Origin: Camelus dromedarius | Lineage: Eukaryota | Length of the DNA stretch: 64,000 nucleotides | Direction of reading: 5' to 3' | Assembly: GCF_036321535.1 (NCBI RefSeq) | Contig: NC_087458.1 | Coordinates: forward strand, 4,216,001-4,280,000 | Shown: piece after piece, positions 38,346 through 49,449 of the stretch | How positions within the stretch are numbered: the stretch's first letter is position 1 | Layout of the letters: the number at the start of each line of letters is the position of its first letter | Notes under the pieces: generated by a model | What the model saw: only the letters and a program-made list of their open reading frames with translations | What the model was told of the DNA's origin: nothing | The model's database searches: none | Position numbers and translations under genes: made by a program

Positions 38346-41300
38346 ATGGGAACTCTACAAGAGGCAGGAGAAAAGACATCCGATCCTGGGTGAGTAAGAT
38401 CTTGGCTAACTTGGTTGGAAACAAGGAGTGAATGGTCTTGGGACTTTCCCACCATCCAGCTCTTACCAAGTCAAATCTCGAGTTCCTAGAGGAGACAAGA
38501 ATTAATTTGCAGAGAAGGGATGGGGGTGGTTCTAGGTAGGAAATGCCAGTATCATATGAGAATTAGGGAACAGGGGATTTCAGGATAGTTCCTACTGCTT
38601 TTTTTTTTTCAAGGAAGCTTCCATATTATGCCCCTGTTCTCTGTTTTCTAACAACCCATCCTCCAGAATGGCCATCAGGAAAGCTGACCCAGAACTATGT
38701 TTAGGTCCAGATTCTTTTTCCCAGCAAATCTCCCTTCCCTCTTACCTTCTTCCCCCACCCCTCCACCCATGCCGTGGTTTCCCCTAACCACTCCCCAGTG
38801 TGGTCGAGGAAAGGCAGGCCTGACAAGGTGCCATCTTCCCCAACTTTGCGCAGTGACAGCTGGGCAGGTCTGTCGGGTTCCAGCCAGCTGTAATGTGAAA
38901 TACCTCTCACCCCCACTGTGCGGGTGGAGCAACTGCCGCACAGGTGAAAATAACTAGCTTGACATTCCGTGCTTTCTCCGCCCCTAAACCCAACAGTAGG
39001 GGTGACCGGTTTCCAACAAGTGGTGAAGGTGGTAAAAACATCTCAGCGATGAGAGATCTGAGTTCTTTTTAAGGCCTGCTTTCTGTTCTGTTCCTTAATT
39101 ATTGTTTTTTTCTTTTTTCTTTTTTTTTTAATTGAAATATAGTTGATTTACAATGTTGTGTTAGCTTCTGGTATATAGCATAGTGATTGAATTATACATA
39201 TATATATATATATTCTTTTTCATATTCTTTGTCATAATAGGTTATTACAAGCTATTGAATACAGTTCCCTGTGCTGTACTGTAGGTCCTTGTTGTTTATC
39301 TGCTTTGTATATAGTAGTTTGTATCTGCTAAACCCAAACTCCTAATTTATTCCTCTCCCTTTCCCCTTTGGTAACCCTAAGTTTGTTTTCTATATTTTTT
39401 TAATCTGTTTCTACTTTGCAAATAAGTTCACTTGTGTTCTTTTGTTTTTTAGATTCCGCATATAAGTGGTAACATATGATATTTATCTTTGACTTACTTC
39501 ACNNNNNNNNNNNNNNNNNNNNNNNNNNNNNNNNNNNNNNNNNNNNNNNNNNNNNNNNNNNNNNNNNNNNNNNNNNNNNNNNNNNNNNNNNNNNNNNNNN
39601 NNNNNNNNNNNNNNNNNNNNNNNNNNNNNNNNNNNNNNNNNNNNNNNNNNNNNNNNNNNNNNNNNNNNNNNNNNNNNGGCTGTGCAACAAAAGCTCATTG
39701 ATAGTATCTGCAAGTTATTTTTTAAAAATCACCAGTTCATAAAAAAAAAAATAGTGCTGCTATGAACATTGGGGTGCATGTATCTTTTCAAATTAGTTTT
39801 CTCTGGCTGTATGNNNNNNNNNNNNNNNNNNNNNNNNNNNNNNNNNNNNNNNNNNNNNNNNNNNNNNNNNNNNNNNNNNNNNNNNNNNNNNNNNNNNNNN
39901 NNNNNNNNNNNNNNNNNNNNNNNNNNNNNNNNNNNNNNNNNNNCTCCACACCCTCTTCAGCATTTATCGTTTGTGGACTTTTTAATGATGGCCACTCTCA
40001 CTGGTATAAGGTGATACCTCATTGTAGTTTTGATCTGCATTTCTCTGATAATTAGCAATATTAAGCATCTTTTCATGTGTCTATTGGCCGTCTGTATGTC
40101 TTCACTGGAGAAATGTCTGTTTAGGTTTTCTGCCCATTACTTTGATTGGATTGTTGTTTTGTTTTTTTGGTTTTTTTTTTTTTTTGGTTATTGAGTTGTA
40201 TAAGCTGTATGTATATTCTGAAAGTTTAATTACTGTTCTTCATCCCAGTGTTTCACCTACTATCCAGCTCCCTTAAAATACTGCCTCGTTTGTCTCATGA
40301 TAATCTCTTCTGGGGGACTATCAGGGTCAGGGAGAATGCAGAAACAGCAGGGCTAGGAGCATCCCTGAGACTTGGGGAACTGGAGCTGATGGAGGAATGG
40401 CAGGATGAAGAATTCCCCAGGTGAGGAAGTGTGAGGGAGGTTGGGAAAAGGGAGGGTTGGTCACAAATGGAGGGCAGGAAGGTAAATTGAGACTTGAAGG
40501 AATGAGCTGGGGAAAAGAGAAGAGGTGATAAAATCATGGCGGAGAGAGAATCGATACCTGTCTTGATGCCTTTAGCCTCAGTTTCTGCTCCCTTTTAATC
40601 TTTTCCCCTCTAGATTGCTTCCTGAAGAGGCTGACCCTTCTGAAGATCCTGTTGATCCTGAAGGAGATTCACAGGCAGGTAGGTAAATCAGAACCCAGGC
40701 TTCAAGTTCTTGATTCTAGTCCAGAGAAAGATTATGCCATCCTGTCCCTTTGTGGTTCAACTTTTGTTTTCCCAAATGTCCCTTGTGTTGGTCATTCTTT
40801 GGAATTCAACCCATATCGTCACTTACACATACAGGAATTCTAACCTCCCCCATCAACACTCATACATGTTTCTCTTCTTTTTTTCCCCTCCTTCAACCCC
40901 AGGTACCCCCAACACTTTAGCCCTATGTGGCCATCGCCCCATGCGTAAGCGTCTTTCTGCCCCAGAGTTGCGACTGGATCTGACCAAGGGGCCTGGAGAT
41001 GATGGAGCGTCTCCCACCCACTCTGATCCTTCCTCCTCCGAGGGCAGTTCTGACCTGGAGGTAGACGAGTTGGAGACACCTTCAGACTCGGAGCAGCTGG
41101 ACAGTGGACATGAATTTGAATGGGAAGGTGAGAAAGAAAGCTGAGGACTGAGCTGGTTGAAGTAGAGCCCAGGATTAAAGACACTCAGGATGGATTTAAT
41201 GGGACTGAAGTTAGAACTAATAAGGTGGGGACCACGAGGCAAGGCCAGCAAAGTCTCCTCAGGATGGAAAGGTAGAGCCCATGGGTCCAGTGTGAGGGTA

Positions 41301-44300
41301 GTCAGCAGGTGGGGGGTGTGCTTCGTTTATTAAGGAAAACTTTTTTGAATAATGGTTATATGCCATCACTGAGCTAGAACCGGGTTATAAAGATGAAGAA
41401 GACAGTCCCTATCCTCAGGGAATTCTCTGTTTAGAATGAAATAAACATATATACAAACGAGTGCAGTTACAGGTTGTGATCTACACGTGCACAGGGTACT
41501 GTGTAAGCAGGGAGAAGGCAAAGGTCCGCTCTGCCTGAGAGGTGCTGGGGAATACTCCACAGAGGAGGCGGCGCTGAGCTTGTCGGTGGTTGGAGACGCA
41601 TTCCAGGTGGAAGCAGCAGCTTGGGCGAGAGCATGGCATGCTGGGAAATGCAAAGTGTGAAGCATGACTTTAAGTATTAAGGGAAATTTTGTTTCTTCTC
41701 TACTCACAACACTTAAGACACCTAACGTATGGGTTTTCCCTACAACAACCAATTCTCCAACTCTCCAGGCACAAACTGAGTGTCCTACAATTCAGCTGTG
41801 ACACTTACCTGGAGCTAGCACAGACACCTCAGGCTAAGGGCTCACCCACAAGACTGCCCCCAGACTTTAGACACCTGTCACATGTCCAGGTTGACACCTG
41901 TGCTTCTAACCAACAGGCTATAAATCAGAGGTTCCCACTGCTCCCTCCTCAGGTTTCATATTTATCAGAACATTTCCCAGAACTTGGGAAAACAGCTTAC
42001 TTACTAGATTACAGGTTTATTTTCCGAGGATACAGCTCAGAAACAGCCAGAAGGAAGCGATATGTAGGACAAAGTGTGCACGGAATGGGGTGAGCTCTGT
42101 GCCCTCCCCAGGGGTGCACCCCCCCCCCCAGCATCTCTATGTGTTCACCAACCCGGAACCTCTTGGAACCCCTTCAGTTAGGGCTTTCTATGGAGGCTTC
42201 ATATGTAGGTGTGATTGAATCATCGACCACTGGTGATTTAGCACAACCTGCAGTCCCTCTCTCCTCCTCAGAGGTCAGAGGGTGAAAGTTCCAACCCTCT
42301 GATCATGTGGTGGTTTCCCCTGGCAAGCAGCCACCCATCCGTGGGAGCCTTCCAGAGTCACTTCATTAACATAAACTTGTGTGGTGGAAAGGGGCTTGTT
42401 ATGAACAGGGAAAGATACCACCTTGACCTTTATCATCAGGAGCTGTTTCAGGAACTAGGGACAAAACCAAGCTATATTTTATTCTGTCACAGATAGGAAG
42501 GCCTGGGAGGTGAAGAGAGAAAGACAAAAGACAGTGCTGTGTTAAGTAGGCAAGGGGCAAGTCATGAAGGTCCTTGCTGCCACACTAAGAAATTGAGGTT
42601 TTGTCCTGTAGGCAGTAGGGAGTCTCTTGAATGGTTTTAACCAAGGGAGTAACATGGTCAGATTTAACGGCTTTTAAAAGATTAAAAACAGCCTAAAGTT
42701 CCATCAGTAGGATATTCTGTTGTGGCACATCCGTCCATACAGTGGAATACTAAAGACTAGGCATTTATTTTTTGTGGTGAAGCAGCTCTTTCTATTGCTG
42801 TGGAAAGATCATGCAGAATTAGCGGGTATAGTATATTATCCTTTGAGTGAAAAAGGTAGAGGAGAAAAGAAAGCTTGCTCTAGCAGTGATGCAAAGGGTG
42901 GCACGGAGGAGAACAGACAAGAGGCAGGGAGACGAGTTAGGAGGCTAGGACTAAGGCCAGGTGACAAAGGCTGAGAACCTGTACCAGGACAGCAGTAGCA
43001 GAAAGAATGATAAAAAGGATGTAATAGAGGTAGATGGAGGAGGATGTGGGTCCATCTGGCTCAAGGGCTGATAGAGAAGAAAGCGTCTCAGGAGATACAC
43101 AGTTTTCTCTCTCAGGCAGCTAGATGGATGGGCTCATCAAGAAAAGCGAGAGGAGGAAGAGGATGAATTTGAGTTGCACTTGGAGTCTGGTGGCTTGGAG
43201 ATAATAGAGAAACACAAAATAGAGATGTCCACTCTAGCCATTTAGGGATGTGGGTCTGGTGTTAGGAGAGAGGCCTGGGTTCGAGAGGAATCATCACCTT
43301 ACGGGCAGTACTTGAAGACAGGGGAACAGATGAACTCACCCAAGGAAGGAAAAGCATGAGAAGAAAGAAAGAATCAAGAGTAATGACAAGGGCTATCAAC
43401 CTGCCATAGTGCAGTGGCCTCAAGGCCATTGTATATTCTGTCTTGTTGATCCTCCCCCATCCCTCTTTTTCAGATGAGCTGCCCCGGGCAGAGGGTCTAG
43501 GGGCTAGCGAGGCAGCTGAGAGGCTGGGCCGGGGTTGCATGTGGGATGTGGCTGGAGAAGATGGTCATCACTGGAGGGTGTTCCGAACAGGACAGCAGGA
43601 GCAGCGAGTGGACATGACTGCCATTGAGCCCTATAAGAAAGTGCTGTCTCATGGAGGTACTGGCTAGCCTAAGTGGAGGGGTGAGAACTGTGACTTCTTG
43701 AATGAAATGCTAAGCTGGAAACTCAGTTATTGGGTTCAGAATGACTTCTTGCAACTTTCAGAGACCCTCAGAGTCTTTCACCCTAAACAGATGTACTGTC
43801 CGTCAATACTTACTTGTTGACTGAATGAGTTCTCCCCTTCACATCCCCAGGCTACCACGGTGATGGCCTCAATGCGGTCATCGTCTTCGCTTCCTGTTAT
43901 CTGCCCAGAAGCAGCATCCCCAACTACACCTACGTCATGGAACACTTGTTTAGGTGAGGTGGGAGGCCTGAAGGGCTCCAGGGTGGATGTCGAGGGAGGG
44001 AAAAGTTGAAAAGAACCCTTCCTATGATCAGTAACTGATTATAGATTCAAAACACATACCTTGCCTGACACCTTCATCTCCTCAGGTATATGGTGGGGAC
44101 TCTGGAGCTGCTGGTAGCTGAAAATTATCTGCTGGTTCACCTGAGCGGAGGCACAAGTAGGGCCCAGGTTCCACCTCTGAGCTGGATACGCCAGTGTTAC
44201 CGTACTCTGGACCGGCGGTGAGCCTCTAGGACAAAAGGGCTGCAGCTCTCTGTCTTATCCTTTTCTTTTCTAGCTTTCCACGCTTTCTTCTTCCTTCAGT

Positions 44301-46032
44301 CTCTTCCGCTTTTCTCTGTCCCTCTACACCCCTCTTCAAACCTTTCCTGTCTTCTGTCCTTACTTGGAGTCGTGGAAATCTAGTTTCAGATCTTGCCTTT
44401 GTCATCTACTAGCTGTATGACAAGTCACTTAACCTTCCTGGGACTCAGTTTCCTTCTGTGTAAAATGGCGATGAGAATACCTTTTGCCACCGGGTATTTG
44501 TGAAAATCAGGTAAATCAACGTGGCACATTGCCCGGCATGTGGAAGGCCCCCCTTCCTTTTCTCACAGTCTTGCCATTTATTTCACTTTCCACATCTCCA
44601 TTGCTTTCTTTTCTTCTTTTCTTGTCTGCCTTCATCCCTGACCCATGTGTTTTTTTTCCCCCCGATGTTCCTTTATTTTTTTTCTTTCTTCCCTCCATCT
44701 GCCATTGCCATTTGCACACTTTTCTCGTTCCTTTTCTTTTTTTCCTTCTCACTGGTCTTCTTTACCTGGAGTTTTATAAATCGTCCTGGTCATGGAGTGA
44801 TGGAGGAGTGTACAGAAGGAGCTGTGCAAAGGTAGGACACAGAAGGAAGTGGGTAGAGGAGACCAGGCTAAGGGATTCTGAGAGAATTTCCTAAAAATGA
44901 GGAGGCTAAACAAGATCAATGGAGCTGAGACTGCAGTTAAAGGAAGGGAGATGAGACCCAGCTGCGAAAGGAAGTCTGGAGGTTGGAGAAGTGAGAGAAG
45001 AACAGAAGACAGCTCCACCTGATCTTCAGGTGTGAAGGTGGAAGGAGAGTGGGACGGTCTCATATTCTTCCGCAGGCTCCGGAAGAACCTGCGCGCCCTG
45101 CTGGTTGTCCATGCGACGTGGTATGTGAAGGCATTCCTGGCGCTGCTTCGGCCCTTCATCAGGTACTAGCTTTGGGGACAAAGACCCCCTTCCCCGTCTC
45201 CCTGTCTTCACAATCAAGATTAAGAAGCTCCTTAAAATAAAATTTTTATTTAATTCAAAAATTTTTTAATTAAAAAAAAGATTAAGACGTTCTTGCCCCA
45301 CCCTGACTCTTTCTACCCTTAGCCACTCTCCACCTATTATGTTTCCCTTTGTAAGGGTCTCCAGGAGCCCTCTTCCCGGTATAAAACACACTTGGTTGAT
45401 CCTCTCTTTTCAGTTCTAAGTTTACACGAAAGATTCGTTTTCTGAGCAGCCTGGGAGAGCTGACCCAACTCATCTCCATGGATCAGATCCACATCCCGGA
45501 AGCTGTCAGACAGTGAGTCCTGAGCTTAAGGATAAAAGTTTGGGATGGGATGTGTAAAGCCACTTCCCACTTTCTTAATGTCTTGGGAGAGATACAAAGG
45601 AACTAAAAGACTGAGGCCCTGCTTTCAGATACTTCAGTGTATCCGGGAAAACTCCACACACCCAGAGAGGAAATTAAAGACGCTACTGTATCTAGCAAGA
45701 ACAAATGAAAAAATTATTCACATAAGTGATCAACGAATAAAAGAGTAATCACAGCACAGAATTTAGAGGCGATTCAGACTAGCCCTAGAAATTAAGGAAG
45801 AATACGTTGGCAGCAAATAGGAGAGAATATCCAATGAGGGGAGGGTGCTAGGGAGCAAGGTGCTATATGATGACCGACCCAACCCAAGCATCCAATCTTC
45901 TAGTTGTTCCAGTTCACCTGGCTTCTCTCCCTAAACCCCTGAGCAAGACCCAGGTCCTGCTCCTGAACCACTTTCTTTTCCTCTCTTTCTCCTAGGCTGG
46001 ACCAGGATCTCTATGGCTCAGGCGGGATCTAG
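38346..46032 (+). CDS. BNIPL: BCL2-interacting protein 2-like (BCH domain), 10 exons, 356 aa
   Basis: Exons: 38346-38389, 40325-40420, 40614-40678, 40903-41127, 43474-43656, 43851-43953, 44086-44217, 45076-45162, 45414-45512, 45996-46032; total 1071 nt with consistent phases. Motifs include [62 protein letters not shown] and [10 protein letters not shown]. Confidence 0.95.
39107..40225 (-). mobile_element. L1 3' fragment (~1.1 kb) in BNIPL intron 1, partly N
   Basis: A T-rich tail is followed by ATTGAAATATAGTTGATTTACAATGTTGTGTTAG... and L1 ORF2-end text (GGTATAAGGTGATACCTCATTGTAGTTTTGATCTGCATTTCTCTGATAAT). A candidate TSD is TTAATTATTGTT (39095) and TTAATTACTGTT (40226). Confidence 0.85.
41690..42490. 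mobile_element. MER21-like ERVL LTR
   Basis: CTCACAACACTT...ACCAATTCTCCAACTCTCC...GTGTCCTACAATTCA...AGGCTAAGGGCTC..CCCACAAGACTGCCCCC...GGAGGCTTCAT...GAAAGTTCCAACCCTCT resembles recalled MER21 text. The element ends TGTCACA. Family assignment is from memory and orientation is not asserted. Confidence 0.6.
42495..43330 (-). mobile_element. L2 fragment continuing from 41350-41690, with an internal old L1 piece (~42695-42870)
   Basis: GCAAGGGGCAAGTCATGAAGGTCCTTG...GAATGGTTTTAACCAAGGGAGTAACATGGTCAGATTT is inverted L2. GTGGCACATCCGTCCATACAGTGGAATACTA is L1-like. Confidence 0.55.
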
Positions 46033-46606
46033 CATAGGACTGGAGTAAAAGGACCTCATAACCAAGCAAAGATAATTGATCTGCCTACACCCTAACCCCT
46101 GAAACATCTGAGCTGTCTTGTAAACATCTTATCCTCAACCCCAGTATCGCTGGGTCTTCACACCTCAGTGAGACGTCATTCATTCCGTGACGGTGCCTTC
46201 AGAGTAGGCTCTGAGGTCCAGAACCTGATCTGGTGGGTGACTTTCCTTTCAGTTGGAGGGGTGCCTGTGGTGCCATTTTGTATAGGAAAGTGCAAAGCGG
46301 TGCTGCTTTAGCTGTAGAACCTTGGGCAAATTCATCTCCCTGAGTCTGAGATCCTTCGGGGCTGAGATCCTTTCCCCCTGGGGTGTTCTAGCAGTCTGTG
46401 AAGGTGAGGGATGAATGGGGAGGGCAGGGCTTGACTGACCACAGCCAGCCTGCCTACTGGGAGTCCACAGTCAGTGCCCCAAATGCTAAAGGAACAGTCA
46501 ACAACAAGGTTACCCTCTCTCCTTCAGTAGTCACGTCTGTTGCCTGTGACACTGGCCTGTGAGCCTGGGGAAAGGTTGTTCTCAAACCTGTACTTTTGTC
46601 CTCTTT

Positions 46607-46636
46607 AATAAATTCAGATCTGTAGCGGTTAATAAA
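46607..46636 (+). terminator. BNIPL polyadenylation signals (two AATAAA)
   Basis: AATAAA at 46607-46612 and 46631-46636. Confidence 0.65.
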
Positions 46637-46749
46637 CTGTGATGAGAGGTTTAAGCTCTGCTCCGAGGAAGTGAACTCCTCTTTCCCCAGCCCCTTACAT
46701 CACAATCTGTCCGTTCTGGCACAGGGTTCACGCTACAGGTTCCCTGGGA

Positions 46750-47700
46750 TTTTTAGCTGAGCGCCTGGGCCTGCGGGGAGAGGGCATGGGGGAGGGGGTC
46801 TGGGGGAGGGGAGGGGCGCGCGGCGGAGCCCCCGCCCCTCCCCCGCGGGCCTCGGTTCTAACGACCCCGAGGGTCGAGAGCGGAAGGGAGGGAGAGAAGG
46901 TGGGAGCCCCGGCCTTCCTCGCTGGCCTCCCTCCCAACCCCACACCGTCCAGCCCCATGGTCCCCGCCGCCGGCGCACTGCTCTGGGCCCTGCTGCTGAG
47001 TCTGGGGTCCCGGGCGGCGGGGGCCCAAGGCCTGACTTCGACCGCCACCGCCACCGCCACCGCGACGCAGCGGGACACTTTCCGCTTCGGGGGCCCTATG
47101 ACCCACAGCTACCGGACCACTGCCCGGAGCCGTGTTACCCAGAAAATAAGGGTAACAATGGAGGATGAGGATGACATTGTGGCCGCGGCCGACCGCATGG
47201 CAGGCCCGGCTGCTGCCGAGCTCTTGGCCTCCACGGTGTCCACAGGTAGCCGGTCGCGTTTGGCGGAGGAGGAGGATGGGTCTTTGGAAGAAGGAGTAGT
47301 AATTTACACCAGAAAGAATGACACTGGCTCGGAGACTTCCAGTACGATTCCCACCCGAGGGTTTGCAGCGAATGGCCATGATTCTGAAAACACAATGAGT
47401 TCAAGCCAGCCGCCCTCCACCGGGAAGACCGCTGCGGATCAGCCGTTCTCCGACAGCACCCGGAGCCAATGGTCAACAGCAAGGTCCTCCTCGAACCCGT
47501 GGCCACCGCCCTCGCCCACAGCCATGCCAGCTCCCGAGGATCTGCAGCTGGTGCTGGGGCCCTGGGGCCCGTGGCACTGCCACTGCAAGTCAGGCACCAT
47601 GAGCCGGAGCCGGGGCGGGAAGCTGCACGGCCTTTCCGGGCGCCTCCGCGTTGGGGCCCTGAGCCAACTCCACACTGAGCACCGACCTTGCACCTACCAC
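46750..47700. promoter_or_regulatory. CpG island over the C1orf56 promoter and exon 1
   Basis: High GC and CpG density from just downstream of the BNIPL polyA signals into the coding exon. Confidence 0.8.
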
Positions 47701-48910
47701 ATATGCCCCTGCAACCGGCAACGGGAGGAGTGCCCCCTGGACGCAGGTCTCTGTCCTGACACCAGCTGCACCACTCAGACCACCACTAAGGCCACCACCA
47801 CCACCACCACCACCCCCATTCCTCCCCTGGTCACCAGGCTCAGACCCACCCCCTTCATCCCCAGCCCCAGCCCCAGGTACAGCTCAGCCCTTGCTTTTTG
47901 GAAACGGGTCAGGATTGGGCTGGAGGATATTTGGAACAGCCTCTCTTCAGTGTTCACAGAGATGCAACCAGTAAGTGTTTGGTGTTGAGCCAGGATCTTT
48001 GTTAATGGATCTGAAAAGTCCTGATACCCAAAACCCTGCTGCTAAGCCAGCCAGTGTGTCTGCATGAACTATTACTTACCTGTTTGGTTCTTGATTCATA
48101 ATATGCATTGGTTATTCACATCATTAGCCACTGATTCCACCTATTATTTTTTAAGTAACTGCTGTTAGCCTGTTAGGCAACATGTATTGTTGGTCATCAG
48201 ATGATTACTGACCAAATTGTTAAGACTGTAGGTATATAAAGAATTCTTGATGCACAGATAAGTAATGGATATGGAAGATATTAATAGCTTTCAGCTTACT
48301 AATACAACTTAACAGTTACAGCCGCCAATATCTGAGGTCTTAGCATGTGCACTTTACCTGGCTCAATTCTCACAACAACCCTATGGTAGAATTATTCCCA
48401 CTTTAGAGATGAATTGGGTTTACAAAGCTAGTAAGTGACAGAGTCACAGCAAGATTTAAGCCAAGTCTGTTTTTCAGTAGTCCCCATGCTCTTCACCACC
48501 GCCGTCCCTTAGAACTGTCCTTCTGGGGTTATTCCCAGAAACCTAAGAAGTCTCAAGGAAGGATAGTCCTCTACTTTACCAAAAGAGCTACCAAAGTTTC
48601 TAACTGATCTGATAAAATATCCTCAAGGTCTCAGGATGACAGGGCCCTGGGGAGAGGGGAAGGACAGTAACATGTCTACTTGGTCATTTCAGCAGTTTGT
48701 TTCTGTCCTTCTCCTTGTGTGTCCGATACCATTATTCAATATAAAAAAGCAGCATAAATAGTGGGCAGTAGTGTTGAGGGAATGAGTGTTGAGTTTGTGG
48801 GGAGAAAGAAATGAAGAAGCAAGGAAGGGAAAAGAATATAGATGTGGTTATAATATTTTCCCTTTTCTCTATTTTGTTTCCTTACTCAGATAAACAGAAA
48901 TCAGAGGTAA
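46957..48910 (+). CDS. C1orf56: C1orf56 / MENT secreted-type protein, 2 coding exons, 344 aa
   Basis: Exon 46957-47970 ends ATGCAACCA|gtaagt; exon 48890-48910 reads cag|ATA AAC AGA AAT CAG AGG TAA (INRNQR*). It has a signal-peptide-like start MVPAAGALLWALLLSLG, a Cys-rich WGPWHCHCKSGTMSRSR...CPCN segment, and the tail ALAFWKRVRIGLEDIWNSLSSVFTEMQP. Confidence 0.94.
48320..48475 (-). mobile_element. MIR SINE in the C1orf56 intron
   Basis: AATTCTCACAACAACCCTATGGTAGAATTATTCCCACTTTAGAGATGA...GCTAGTAAGTGACAGAG. Confidence 0.65.
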
Positions 48911-49449
48911 TGGCCACTTCATCCACAAGAGGAGGTGTCAGCATCTCTACCTCTCCTCCCCTTTCAATCCCAGCACCCACTGGATATTTTTAGTACAGAA
49001 AAACAAAACTAGGAAAAAAAAACCCAAAAACACTGTTTGGTCTTTTTGTGTCTTTTTACAGTGGTATCTGAGAGAGAGAGAGACCATAAATCTCTGGACT
49101 CTTAAAAACTGAACTGTGTAGCTAGCAGCCTCTGGCTTGGTCCCTACCCTGTCCCACAGGATAAAAATGTTGATGCTGCTCATCTTGCTCATCTCCAAAG
49201 TTGTCTTTAAACAATTACTTCTTTTAAAGACCTGAAAAATCTCAGATGAATGCCAAGAAAAAGGAACAGGAATGACGAGCTAAGCCCTTGGAAGATAATG
49301 GTGGGCTTCCTGCCTTCACAACACTTAGCCTTCTCTCCTCAGAAAGGGCAATGTCGGCACAAAATTCCCTGACAGCCACTTCCTGGGAGTTGCCTTCATT
49401 AACCACGTCTATCCTTTAACCCAACAACACACCTATAGTGATTACTCTG

